The translations under genes and the position numbers were made by a program. Below the pieces are notes generated by a model. That model had not been told where the DNA came from, searched no databases, and saw nothing but the letters and a program-made list of their open reading frames with translations. Positions 23,341-36,139 of a stretch of DNA of 64,000 nt are shown here, in pieces. Origin of the DNA: Rhodosorus marinus CCMP1338 (Eukaryota; Plantae; Rhodophyta); NCBI GenBank assembly GCA_029953675.1, contig JAMWBK010000006.1, forward strand, positions 1,922,001 to 1,986,000, in the 5' to 3' direction. How positions within the stretch are numbered: the first letter of the stretch is position 1; each line of letters opens with the position of its first letter.

Positions 23341-26300
23341 ATGGTGAGCCGTTATCCCAATCCGTACCTCAATCAGCAACAGCATGAGAATCAAGGCGCA
23401 CCGGGATCGAACGATGTGACCCAAAATCACCAAGCCGCGAACGGCGTTTCCGGGGTCCCGCTTGCTGCAAACCAGGCCTACGGGCAGTATGCTTACACTG
23501 GCCAACACCCACAGCCGGTATATCAACAGGATGCTTCTGGCGCAATGGCATCAACAGCGCAACCTCCATCAGCGTCAGGGCATGATGTTCCTCAGCAAGG
23601 ATATATGCCACCACCAGCAGGACAAGTGGACCAGCAACCGAACGCATATGGTCAAGGAGGTGCAGCGATAAATGGGGCGTACACGCAGCAGCCAGGAGGA
23701 CAGCAATATGCGCAGTATGCACAGCAGGATATGAACAGCATGCAGAGCCTAACAGCTCAAGTGCAGAACATGAACATGACAACTGCCGGTCAGCCGGTAA
23801 CTGCGGAAAGTATGCAGCCAGGCATGCAACCTGGATTGATGCCTGGCGTGCAGCCCAGCATGCAACCTGGCATGCAACCTGGCATGCAACCTGGCATGCA
23901 ACCTGGCATGCAACCTGGCATGCAACCTGGCATGCAACCTGGCATGCAACCCGGCATGCAACCCGGCATGCAACCCGCGATGCAAGGTTACATTGAGGAA
24001 CCAACGGCCCCAACGATGGAAAATGCTCCCCGTCCAAGGCTTGAATCAGCGGACGTACTTGCGCGAATAAACGACATGGACATAAAACAGCCGTCAGTTG
24101 CTAGCGTCGCGTCGTCTGGAATGCTCCAAGTCGATGCTATGGGAAGACCTATTCAAGGGGGGGCGCCACAGGAACAGCGGTGGCCAGCAACGGTTGCGTG
24201 TCCCCCTGAGCTCTACTACAACACGAGCCCGCGGTGTGCTCGGCTGACAACCAATGCGTTTCCAAACGCCCGTTCATTGGCGAAGAAATACGGGCTACCG
24301 CTTGGAGCAGTACTCCAGCCCATGGAGGACGGTGCACAGCTGCCCGTAGTGAATTTTGGAAGCGGGGTTGTGAGATGCAGGAGATGCCGCTCTTACATTA
24401 ACTTCATGTGCAAGTTCACGCAGGAGGGCAGAGAGTGGAAATGTTCAATGTGTATGAGCATGAACAAACCAGCGTCGGAGTACTACGCAGCTCTGGACCA
24501 GAATGGGTACCGGGTGGATGTTTCCAGGCGCCCTGAGCTCTTCTGTGGCAGTTATGAGGTGGAGGCTCCCACACAGTATATGGTTAGACCGCCGATGCCG
24601 CCGATGTACGTGTTCGTGGTCGAAGTTACCCCAACAGCAATTAGTTCAGGGCTTCTCAACGCTGCTGTGGCAGGAATTCGTGATTCACTCGACTTGCTGC
24701 CGAACAGTGGACGTACAAGGGTTGGTATTATAACGTTTGACAGCAGTGTACATTTTTACAGTTTCAAGGGAGAAAATCATTCAGAACTTTCGACGATCGT
24801 GCTGCCGGATATCAACGAAGTGTTCTTGCCTACGCTGACGGACCGGATTGCTATTCCACTTCATGAGGGCATGGACGCGCTAAAGCAACTCTTGGACAAA
24901 TTGCCTGAGATGTATGGGGCAGAGGGGGGAGCAATGGCATCGCATGCAGCGGAAAAATCGGCTTTCGGCGCTGCGTTGATTTACGGTCAGGCTATTGTTG
25001 AGGATACCGGTGGCAAAATTATGGCCGTCTTGTGTACAAGACCTAAAATAGGGCCAGGGCTTACCCGCGACAGGAGCGACAACACTGCTCTTGGAACTGA
25101 CAGGGAGAGGCACATGCTGTCTCCTGACAGTACTTTCTACAAACAAAAAGCAGTCGACCTTGCAAGGGTACAAGCCACTGTTGACCTGATCATTTGTACA
25201 CCTACGGTTGGGTCCTTCTTGGACGTAGCGACGATCGCGCCCTTGTCCAAGTATTCTGGAGGGGATCTATTATACAACCCAAATTTTGTCATTGCAAGGG
25301 ATGGGCATCTGCTGGTGGAGTCGATGAAGAGAATGCTGGGACGGGAAACTGGTTGGGAAGCGGTCATGAGGATTCGTGCTTCACAAGGAGTACGGTGCAA
25401 GACGTTCCACGGGCGTTTCTTCCTAAAGAGCACGGATTTGTTAGCTTTGCCGTCAGTGGATCCAGATAAGACTTTTGCTGTCGAGTTCGACTACGACGAC
25501 AGCCTACTAGAGCACACGGTTTTCTGCGTACAAATCGCGCTCCTGTATACAACATCTGCGGGCGAAAGGCGAATTCGAGTGCACACGATCGCCATTCCCA
25601 TTGTGTCGAGCGTGAGCGAACTGTTTTCCAATGCTGACGCTTCAGCAACAGCAAGCATCGTCGCGAGAGCTGCTGCGGAGAACCTTAAGGACAAGCGCTT
25701 AGAGGACGTAAGGCCTGCCTCTGCCATCGACCCTTTTCTTGACTAGGTTTCTAACCTTCAGTTGCGTGCTTTCCTCACTCACGCAGGTAAGAAAATCAGT
25801 TTCCGACACTGCCGTCAACACGCTCGCAGTATATAAGCAGTCAGACATGAAGCACCAGTCCGTACTTGGCTTTCTTCCGGAGTCGCTTTCGCTGTACCCT
25901 CTGTACATCCAAGGGCTTCTCAAGACGCCGTTGTTCTCACGAGATGCGTTTGGCCTCTTTGGCTTTCGAATGGACGACAAGAGTGCGCTGATGCATTATA
26001 TGAACGTCGCCACTTCGGCAACGACGACGGTGATGGGTTACCCTACGATACTGCCCTTGTACCCTCTTCAAGACTACCCTGAGGCTGGAGTAAGTACCAC
26101 CCATACACCTCACTAGTGCACCTCTGTGCAATGGAAACGGCTTGTTTGACGTTGACTGGATTATGGCGTTTAGGTTTACACAGAAGGAGAAAACGGAGTA
26201 GTAGCATTGACATTACCCCCCGCGATGCCGGCTATGAAGGCTTGCTTGCGAAGTAACTCGGCGGTTATGATAGACGACGGTATCACTACTATCATCTGGG

Positions 26301-26617
26301 TCGGTTTGGATGCGATCGCGGGCTTTAGTGAGGTTCTGGTCGGTGCTGCCGAGACCGACCTCTACTCTCTGGGAGGCGCGTGTGTATATGGAGACAGCGA
26401 TGGGGAGGGAGGTCGCGTTCGGGCAATTATAAGAAACGTGAGAGGTTTGAAGCGAGCAGGAGCACCCCTCTTCGTTGTGCAAAGCGGATCGAATCTGCAG
26501 GCTAGAGTTGATGCTTTAATGGTTGAGGACCGAAGCGGAACCCAAATGTCGTATGTAGAGTTTCTAGTCGACCTGCAGAGCAAGGTTAGACGTCGGGCTG
26601 GAACGGTGAAAAACTGA
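23341..26617 (+). CDS. SEC24: COPII coat cargo adaptor Sec24 (Zn finger, trunk, beta-sandwich, helical, gelsolin), multi-exon
   Basis: RLTTNAFP; LPLGAVLQP; CRRCRSYIN...WKCSMC; [10 protein letters not shown]; [12 protein letters not shown]; [14 protein letters not shown]; [19 protein letters not shown]; EDR...MSYVEFL. Confidence 0.95.
23812..23979 (+). repeat. In-frame 12-bp tandem repeat (ATGCAACCTGGC) encoding 14 MQPG-type units in the Sec24 N-terminal low-complexity region
   Basis: Directly visible: [16 protein letters not shown] (MQPG)x9 MQPA. Confidence 0.95.
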
Positions 26618-27467
26618 GTAGTTCAAAACGGAACTAAGTATATTCTGTAAACCTATTCGAAGCCGCACGAGCTGGTGACAGTTAGCTCGTGCCTAGCTAA
26701 CATCATGCGTGTATACTTGACCCCTGAGCGGGAAAAGCAAAGACTTTCTGAAGCCGTAGATTAGGAACCCAGTCTTTTGTCAAGCCACATGCAAAGTCGT
26801 TGCATCCTGAGAAAGTTTTGCCATGTAACAATAAACATTTCTTTTTCGTTTCCGTTCGCTTCGTTGTCAGGCCGAGCTGTGGTGCAGAGTTTCGGGTTGT
26901 GAGTCCCTTCCCACCCCGCAACCTCTTGGATGCACCCTAACCGATTCATCCGCTTCGAACGACGAGGCCGACCTGCAAAGAGAATCGTGTTTTTGGCCAC
27001 CTCTGGTCGCAGAGAAGCTTCCAGGGGAACCAAAAACAGTCTAGAGCTTTGCCATAATGAAGGTCTGTCTACGCTACACAAGCCTAAGGCCCCCATTCAG
27101 CCCATTCTCCTTCACAAAAGCTCTCCGGTGACGTGAAAACTGAAGAACAAATGAAAACAACTCATTTTGGTCCGCAATCTCTTCCTTCGCTTTGGAGCCC
27201 GGGCGCGTTTGGCAGTCCTGGGAAGGTAGGGGCCAATTCTTCTTGAAGCTAATCACAAAACCTAGACCGGAAAGCACCAAATCGTTGGCACCTCTTCTGC
27301 AAATATTTGAGCGACGCGCGACCGATATCAAAGCCATAAGCAAGAACCCCCTTCCCCTCATGACTCACATCGATGAATCAGTAGCTGTCAATGGAACTTC
27401 ACGCCTTTGCTGCTCGAGCAGTAAAGCTCGGAAGCCTTCAAACTCTCTTCCTTCAAACGATTTGCCC

Positions 27468-27572
27468 GAATTTTTGCTATTACGTTGATTAATGAGTCAT
27501 TTCTAAAACGGAACTGGTCGGTCGGAATTTTTGCTATTACGTTGATTAATGAGTCATTTCTAAAACGGAACT
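27468..27572. repeat. Perfect 48-bp direct repeat (period 57), each copy containing ATGAGTCAT (AP-1/GCN4-type bZIP site)
   Basis: GAATTTTTGCTATTACGTTGATTAATGAGTCATTTCTAAAACGGAACT at 27468-27515 and 27525-27572, about 190 nt upstream of the CstF-64 ATG. Confidence 0.92.
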
Positions 27573-27762
27573 CGTCGGACTGTTTCCGACCTTGTTGTAC
27601 AGGTGTAAAATCGATCTGTCTTAGAAGGGGTTTCGCCACCTTCGTGTTGTGATGAAGTGATGATGAGATTAGGGTGGCGTAGTGAGTGAACCTGTCCTCA
27701 AGCTTTGTGGAGCACGAAATTCGGGTGTTTGGTGATCCTGTTTCTGTGAAATTGACTCTACA

Positions 27763-29175
27763 ATGTCCAAGAAGGGTCAGCCAGCAACAGTTTTCGGTGA
27801 GTGGTGTTGCTCCAAAACCGCCTACGGTTTGAGATCTCAGTGCGCGTGGGGGGAGGTGAAGGGTTAGTCTAAGCGCGTATTGGAATCGCCTCTTTAACTT
27901 TCGTTTATCTTGGGTTTTTGGTTCATTTCTAGTCGGGAACATCCCCTTTGACACGACGGAGGAACATCTTAAGGAGATCTTCTCGCAGGTGCGCATTCAT
28001 GTCTCAGCTTTTTGTTTTTTTTTAGTGGCTCTTCCCACTGGGCTTTTTCTGACGGCCTGAATTTGTTTCTCGCCATGTCGTTCCGCTCGTTTAGGTCGGC
28101 GTTGTAAGTTCTTTTAGATTGGTATATGATCAGCAAACAGGAAAACCGAAAGGTTTTGGCTTTTGTGAGTACGAAGATGCGGAAACAGCGATGAGCGCTT
28201 TGCGCAATCTGAACGGAGTAGAAGTAAGCTTGGAATCTTACATCGAGATTAGCATCTAGTTATGAGTTACCAGCGCCGAACTGGACATCAGGAAAGGGCT
28301 GAAAAATGAAAGCTGATTGTGTGGATTTTGGGCGTAGGTAAACGGACGACCCTTACGAGTGAGTTTATCGGAGCACGACAAATCTCGGGTTCAGGAACAA
28401 ACGGGCCAGACGGTAACACAAGGCAAGAATAGTCAAGGCAACACCGGCGGAGGCGGAAGGGCTGATGGGGCGGCCTCGCGTCAGAACGTGATCACCGAAC
28501 GGTAGGTTCCTGTAATATCGGGCCATTCTGCTCCCTCAAATAGACTTTTAAGCGCGCAGTTTGCAATGCATGTTCGTTTAGAATGACGCCACAACAGGTT
28601 TTTGATGTGATGCTGAACATGAAAGAGCTAATTCAGAAGGACGAGAATACTGTGAGGACTCTTCTCAACAACGATCCTAATATGACCTATGCGCTTCTAC
28701 AGGGACAGATCATGCTAGGCATGGTCCCGGCCCACGTAAGCTCTTGGGCGCAAAGCTCTACTTAACGAACAGTGTCCGCTTGCGCGAGCGGAGGATTCTG
28801 ATTATAGGCTTTTGCACGTTTCAGGCCATTCCGGCTGGGGTCCCGCAAGTACCAATACCAGCAGTAGGTGGAGCGCCAGTGCCAATTGGAGCGCCAGTGC
28901 CAATTGGAGCGCTTGCGGGTGGTGTGAATGCAGCACGACCGATCCCAATGGTGCCACCTGCTGATCAAGCTGCTTTACTCCAACAAGCACAACTTGCACC
29001 GAACCAGGGAGATCAACTGCAACAATTGCAAATGCTTATGAGCCTAACCCCTGCTCAGATTGAGCAACTACCACCGGACCAGAGGGAGGTCGTTCTCCAG
29101 CTTCAGAGACAAGTACAGTCCCAGCTGACCGGACCAAACCAAGCACCTCCTGCAGCGCCCGGATCCTTGTACTAG
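27763..29175 (+). CDS. CSTF2: Cleavage stimulation factor 64-kDa subunit (Rna15 orthologue), multi-exon
   Basis: ATVF|[19 protein letters not shown]|[39 protein letters not shown]; hinge [14 protein letters not shown]...[13 protein letters not shown]; C-terminal [17 protein letters not shown]. Confidence 0.95.
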
Positions 29176-29580
29176 GAACCTAATGGGCCCCAAGACTCTT
29201 CTAAGTTAAGGTAGCTCGTCTCTTTTTTCCGAGAGCGTCTTCTGTATGAAGTCATCGAGACTTAGGATCAGAAGTTTGTGCTTAGAAACCCAATTGTGCC
29301 TTTTTTGTGTTACACAACAAGCCTGGGAGTGTTTCTTCCACCCAAGATTGTACAGCCTAGAAAACTGAGAAAACGGAACTTGAGTTCTTTACGAAAACTC
29401 CTTGCATCCAGCAAATTCTCCATTAAATATCTACAGCAAAACAAATACCAGGAGTGGAGCCCCGGAGCGCCGCCCCAAGACAGTTTGTTCTGGGAGCGCA
29501 ACAGAAACGCAGAACACAAGCTCTTTGCCTTGCTGTACTGTTTCTACATTCTAAATTTGTGATCAGACGAAAACCATGTG

Positions 29581-29944
29581 CTAGTCCTTCGTCGCCGAAG
29601 GGTTTTGCGGCTCTTCCACAACCACACCCAATTCGTCTTTCTTGTACTTGCGCTTTCCCTGCTTGTCGCTCACCACTAGCTCCGGTTTCACAACACGTGC
29701 TGCATCTCGTTTTCTCTTATCCGGTAAGTACATGAAGTAGTAGGTAAACCCAGCCGCTAGTCCCCATGTGCTGAACTTCAAATGTCAAGAAAAGAGCAAC
29801 GAACAAATCCTCGAAGATCAGATCCTCAGCTTGACTGATTTCAAAGCACTCCGAGAACTCTATCTTCTACTTTCAAACCTAACCCTTGGTGAGGCATCTT
29901 ACCGCGCGGCCCAACCGAAATCTGATCTTCGTAGCTGTGTCCAT
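29581..29944 (-). CDS. Small single-pass membrane protein (about 79 aa), 2 exons, unknown function
   Basis: MDTATKIRFRLGRA|GTAAG intron with pyrimidine tract|FSTWGLAAGFTYYFMYLPDKRKRD...; one hydrophobic segment followed by a charged tail. Confidence 0.6.
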
Positions 29945-30624
29945 AGCTCCTCTCAAACACAAGCAACTCAACACGAGAATTCCCCTCAGCGTCGAATCAA
30001 AGGAGTCCTCTGCTCGCTGCAAAACGACGTTGAGAATGATCCCGACGTTCTGACCAAACCCAAACGCTAAATTCAACCTACGTCCACTTCCAGCTTCTGA
30101 TATTGCATCGGCCCTTCGCTTGACCCTCGAGGCGGTGGAAGTCGACCTTGGTTAAGGCCATGAACTTGACTAGCTCAATGGCAACAAGCCCTCCATCACC
30201 GATCTGAATAGGGCTAAGGTTTTGGCCTCGAAAGAATGTAGGATGTCAATTGATCCTGTGGACCTTCTGATTCACTTGGACTGACTGTAAGGACTCTGTC
30301 TGCTGCCCAGGACAGTCTGGATGTTTGGTCACGGCTTACAGCATGGCATGAGAGGCTCACTTGGATCCTAGCAATGGCCAACCTAAGAGGTTATACTGCC
30401 AGGACAGGTTATCAACGAGGTCCTTGCTCCTTTGGACCAGATCAAGTCAAGTTATAGGCAGCTTGTTGCCTGTACCAATTTTCCGCACGATGGAAATCTG
30501 AATCGGTACCGCGTCAGTTGCTTCCTTAGGGGATCTTGCATCGAAGCATATTTATACTGTTGAGTGTTTTGTTTTTTTTTTGACTTTTGCTCTTTCCTTT
30601 CCAACCCCTGGGGGCCGGCTGATG

Positions 30625-31774
<1,150 letters not shown>

Positions 31775-33626
31775 CTCAAAGTTTTGTCCCCTACCGATAC
31801 CTCAGCCGCCCCAGTAAATACCACCGCCCGGGAAAACCCAATCTCAATGTCTACCTCCTCCACCAGACTCGCCGCCAAAAACCAGTTTACTTATAAGTAG
31901 CAGGATACGCGTACTCTCCAGATCTTGTCGAAGCTTTTATCTTATAGAAATCTTAAGTCTGCACTCCAGCAAATTTGATAGCACCAGCGTCGAATTCTTC
32001 TCTGCACACTGAGAATCCTCGTTCACAAAGCTCTCCTTCCGATCAGCAATTAAGCACCTCTGATCCAAGATCAACAGGGCAATAAATCCAATCCGTTTCC
32101 CTACCCCTAAACGAAAACCTCCGAAACAACGTCCACAGTCGAATCTACCCCTGCGCCCCAAACAACCCCAAACTAATATGATCCAAAATAGTTTACTATT
32201 CAAACATTTCGCATCCTACGTACCAATCCTTTACCCCTCTGTGACCTTTTTTCGACACCGTGCTTAGAGACTTTTGTATTGAAAGCCTACCCGTAGTAAA
32301 CTAGATAAAAACGTGAGCCTTCCTCTAAACCCCCCCCCCCCAAAAAACCTAGCGCAGCTTTACGTTCCCACAGCGCTAAAAATCTCAAGTTTTTCTGTAC
32401 CCCTTAGGTAGTCACCTCTACAATACAAAAACAGTCTAATTTATTATATATATTCACTTTTCGTATCCCTGTTGAAAAGTCAATTGATTGACAAATACAA
32501 AATATCTTCTAAACCCACCCTCATTTGCTCTACACTCACCCCCCCCTCCCTCTCCGACTCCATCAATCCCGTCTTTCGCCTCGTCGACATAAAAACGTTT
32601 ATTGATGTGAAAAAAAAAAATTCAGGCAATAAATATATTTTTCATTTTAAAGTTGGTTTTAGGACACGTGCCGAAAGCGTTTTCGCCCGCTGCCTCAAGT
32701 AGGTTTATTGGAAATTTATGGACCCTTTACAGGAGTAAGCAATTAGAGAATTTTTGTATGACCCTGAACGCATTCGATGCTCCATCGCTTGGGTGGTCGG
32801 GCTGGAGTGCTGGGTGTAAAAGGACAGTCCGTACTGCTAAATACGGTTGAATATGCCCCTGTTCACTACTAAATCCGCTGTCTGGAGACCAGTATGGTCG
32901 TACACCTGACTATATGGCCACATACTGCAGCGCGGCATCTGTTATGAGGTTGAACGTTGATACGAAGTTGATAAGTATTGTGTTCATCATCTTGAGACCG
33001 GACTGACCTTGTCTGGTAGGGCTGTTTGTCGGGTTTGATCAGGTTTGATCGACCAGACTATCTTCTGATTGGTCTGGGCCCGGAAGACGGCCACATCAGT
33101 AGCGGCATGGAACGGCGTAACAGAATCTCTCAAATTCACGCTAGATGATCCGCCTCACTCATCAGAAATCGGCTTGTCTGTGCAAATGCCGTCTGAAACG
33201 GCTTCAAAAGGCCTCAAGACCTGAAGACCACCCGGGAGGTCAACCATGGCGTAGCGCAACTTAAGCAGCTATGATTACTGGCTGGCGAACGAAGTCTATG
33301 TACTCGCTTCATATCTTGACCGGAAAAAGCGAACGAACCGTCCACTTGCATTATGCAAAATCTCCCAGGGTATTCGACATCCCCATTCCTACAGTTGACA
33401 TTCTCAACTCACTAGTTTGCGAGGATACCTCGAGACGGCAGACTTAAACAAAGCAACAGGCCGGCCGACGAACCATGATGATCTTGTCTAGTTCTTGTGC
33501 TCTTGGACACGCTTCAGCAGTTGATCTTCGCGGTTGAAAGCACAGCACCCCCGCAGGGACTTCTTGATGGTTTCGATACTCTCGGTCCTCGGACAATGCC
33601 ACGTCAGGTACATAGCCTTACATATT

Positions 33627-34762
33627 TTACTTCTGAACCTTCATCAGTGATCTGTTGCGTTTCTTAATGTCCCTTTTGGCTTCCTTTTCTTCCAATTTTC
33701 TTTGCACATCCCTGCTCTTCGACGCTCGATCCTCCTTTTCTTTTTGCTTCTTTTCTATCCGCTGCCTCTGCGCCTCCTCCTGTCGCTCTTTCTCCCTTTC
33801 CTTAGCTAGAATATCCTCTATCTGCTTTCTGTGCTGCTTGATTGCGTCTCGACCGTTGTTTGTGAGCACCAATGATGCGACTCTGTCTGCGTATGACAAG
33901 GAGAACTGTCCCACAGAAAGGTGTAGTCGGTTAGTACTAGGTAGAAGAGGCACGAGCAGCAAGTGCGCCAAACAGCGGGAATATCGAAAGATTAGTCGCA
34001 TACCTGATAAACAAGCTCCTTCACCTTTTCGGAGTCACTTGGAATATAGAAGTCGAAAGCCACCAAGGACTTTTCCTTTGATGCTAGGGGATCGGCCATT
34101 CCTCTGTCAGTAAGATGAATGGAAACAATGTACTTCTCATTCTCTGCAATAAGTTTCTGAACGCTCGCTGGCAGAAGAGCAGGGACGACGTCAGAATTCT
34201 CCGTGAGAATTTCCAACGCCTTGGGTACGGGCGCCGTCGTTGGCCAGGGAGCTGAATGTGTATATATTTCCAAATCTAGATTCTCGTTTCTGATTTTCTT
34301 CACATCTTTCCTCCTTACAACGGAAAATATTAAAGGCTCAACCTTTCCGGAGAATGGTATGACAACCCTCGCGCGGTCTCCACCGGAGCCGAATACTGGT
34401 TCGCCAAAGACGCTGAACATGTCTTGCCTCCGTCGAAGCTCTGCTGCTATTTTGATGAACTTTAAACCCTTTCGACCGGTTGCGTAGAGGTAGCATAACG
34501 ACAACCCGTCCAGGAACATGCCCTTCTTCCCGGAACTTATTCCGACTTGGTCAAATTGGCTTTCCATTTCGCTTGTAAATGATCTTTCCATGCTCTTCAT
34601 AATCGATCTATTTCTAAAAAAGCCAACCAACCCCACCACAACGTACGCCACGCAAACTCCTGCCAAAAAGTGCTCGACTTGCTTAACGCTATGTGGGTCA
34701 AGCGTAGCCCACGATCCTTGCGTATCCCCGGCAGCTTTTGCGCTTGCCACGGGACTTTCCAT
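33627..34762 (-). CDS. CCDC47: CCDC47 / DUF1682 (PAT complex subunit), 2 exons; start codon uncertain
   Basis: TM VCVAYVVVGLVGFFRN; FTSEMESQFDQVG; YLYATGRKG...ELRRRQDMF; EILTEN; SIHLTD; basic coiled-coil tail. Confidence 0.85.
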
Positions 34763-36139
34763 GTCTCTCGGCCTTCTTGCAACCTTGAAAACCCAAACTC
34801 CCAAGCCGTACACAATACGAGCCACACCAGATAAGCGACACACCAAAGCCCCCCTCTTTGTCTTCCTCCACTAGCTATATTCCTTTTCAAACGGTCCTAA
34901 TTACACAACCATTCCAGAACAGAGCTTTTCCGCTTCAACTAGCTCCGGAGTGACCGAGGAGTCGGACAGGGGTGGGTGACCCGTTCTATAGTCATCTTCA
35001 TTAACAATGTGGTGACCCCATTGGGACAACGGAAATTCGGCAACAACCTCCAACTGTCATACTCGTTTCAGTCATTATAATATTTGTTTATGAATATTTA
35101 AATAATTAAGTAATATTTCGTTTATATTGATTGTATTTTGCTACGACAGTTAACGGACAAGTATCCTCAAAGCTTGGACTGGGTGGTGAATTGGGCTTCA
35201 CAAGTAGTTTCGTTGGTTTTAAGAGCTTTACGGTAGCACAGTACGAACATCTGATAGTCTCAGCTAGTAATCGCAAGACGCTCCTGCGACGTGAGTCGTT
35301 GCTAAGATCTGCTCGAGTTAGCCTTAGCCGGGTGGCCTTGTTCGTCTGAACTCTTGCGCTGTGACGCTTTCTCCGCGACCAACCCGACGATCTTAGCTTT
35401 GGACCTCCCTCTTAAAGAGCGGGTGCGCGCCAGAGTCGCTGCTCTTCGCGGGCGCTAAATCATAGTCATGTTTGCTAAAGGTTGGACCATGCCCTTAACC
35501 CGAATGCACACATTCCCATGCGGATCCGAACGGCCAGAAAATACGAACCACGTGAAGAGAGTCCATAGGGGCGTTGTAACTCACGTCGCAGCATTTCGAT
35601 TCCTAACGAGGGTCTGCTCTCTCTCCATCAGCTCTCGGCATCCTTGTACCACAGGAAAGACCTCCCCATTTCCCATTCAAGGACTTGCCTTTCTCAGATA
35701 TAGACATTTAGTGCCCAAATCAATGTACGTGCGAGTATATCAAAATATGAAGATTCTCAATTCGAAATATCCTAAAACAAATAAAATTTATTAGTGCTGC
35801 GTTGATTATGAAAGCCTGTACCATATTGTCAGTACATATTATAAAATATTTCAAGTTCTTCGGGTTTATAGCGGTATTATTGAGTGTTAATAGCTATATA
35901 TTTTGGAACAAACTAGAGCGCGGGGTTCCTTTTTTTTCTTCTCTTTTTTCGTGGGATCGAATAGTTGATGTGAAGGAAGATGGAAGGGTTTGTGAAGGGA
36001 TCGGAGGATGTGTTGAGGTGTTCATCGACGAGGAAGGATGTTGCGAAGAAGAGTCTCCTGACTATGAATATGAAGACTAGGAAGTAATGGAGAGGTGAAG
36101 TACTTGGAGGTTGTACGGTAGGAGACTTTTTTTGCTAGG

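Noticed and set aside
23369-24037. 222-aa minus ORF with (CQVA)n
   Set aside because: Antisense shadow of the Sec24 MQPG repeat.
27468-27572. CRISPR-like repeat-spacer pattern
   Set aside because: Only two copies, a 9-bp gap, eukaryotic context and no cas genes.
27388-27996. 202-aa minus ORF containing a duplicated peptide
   Set aside because: It overlaps CstF-64 exons antisense and the non-coding 48-bp duplication; no family features.
31937-32203. 88-aa minus ORF upstream of TPI
   Set aside because: Non-ATG start, first half composed of low-complexity leader-like sequence, no recognisable motif.
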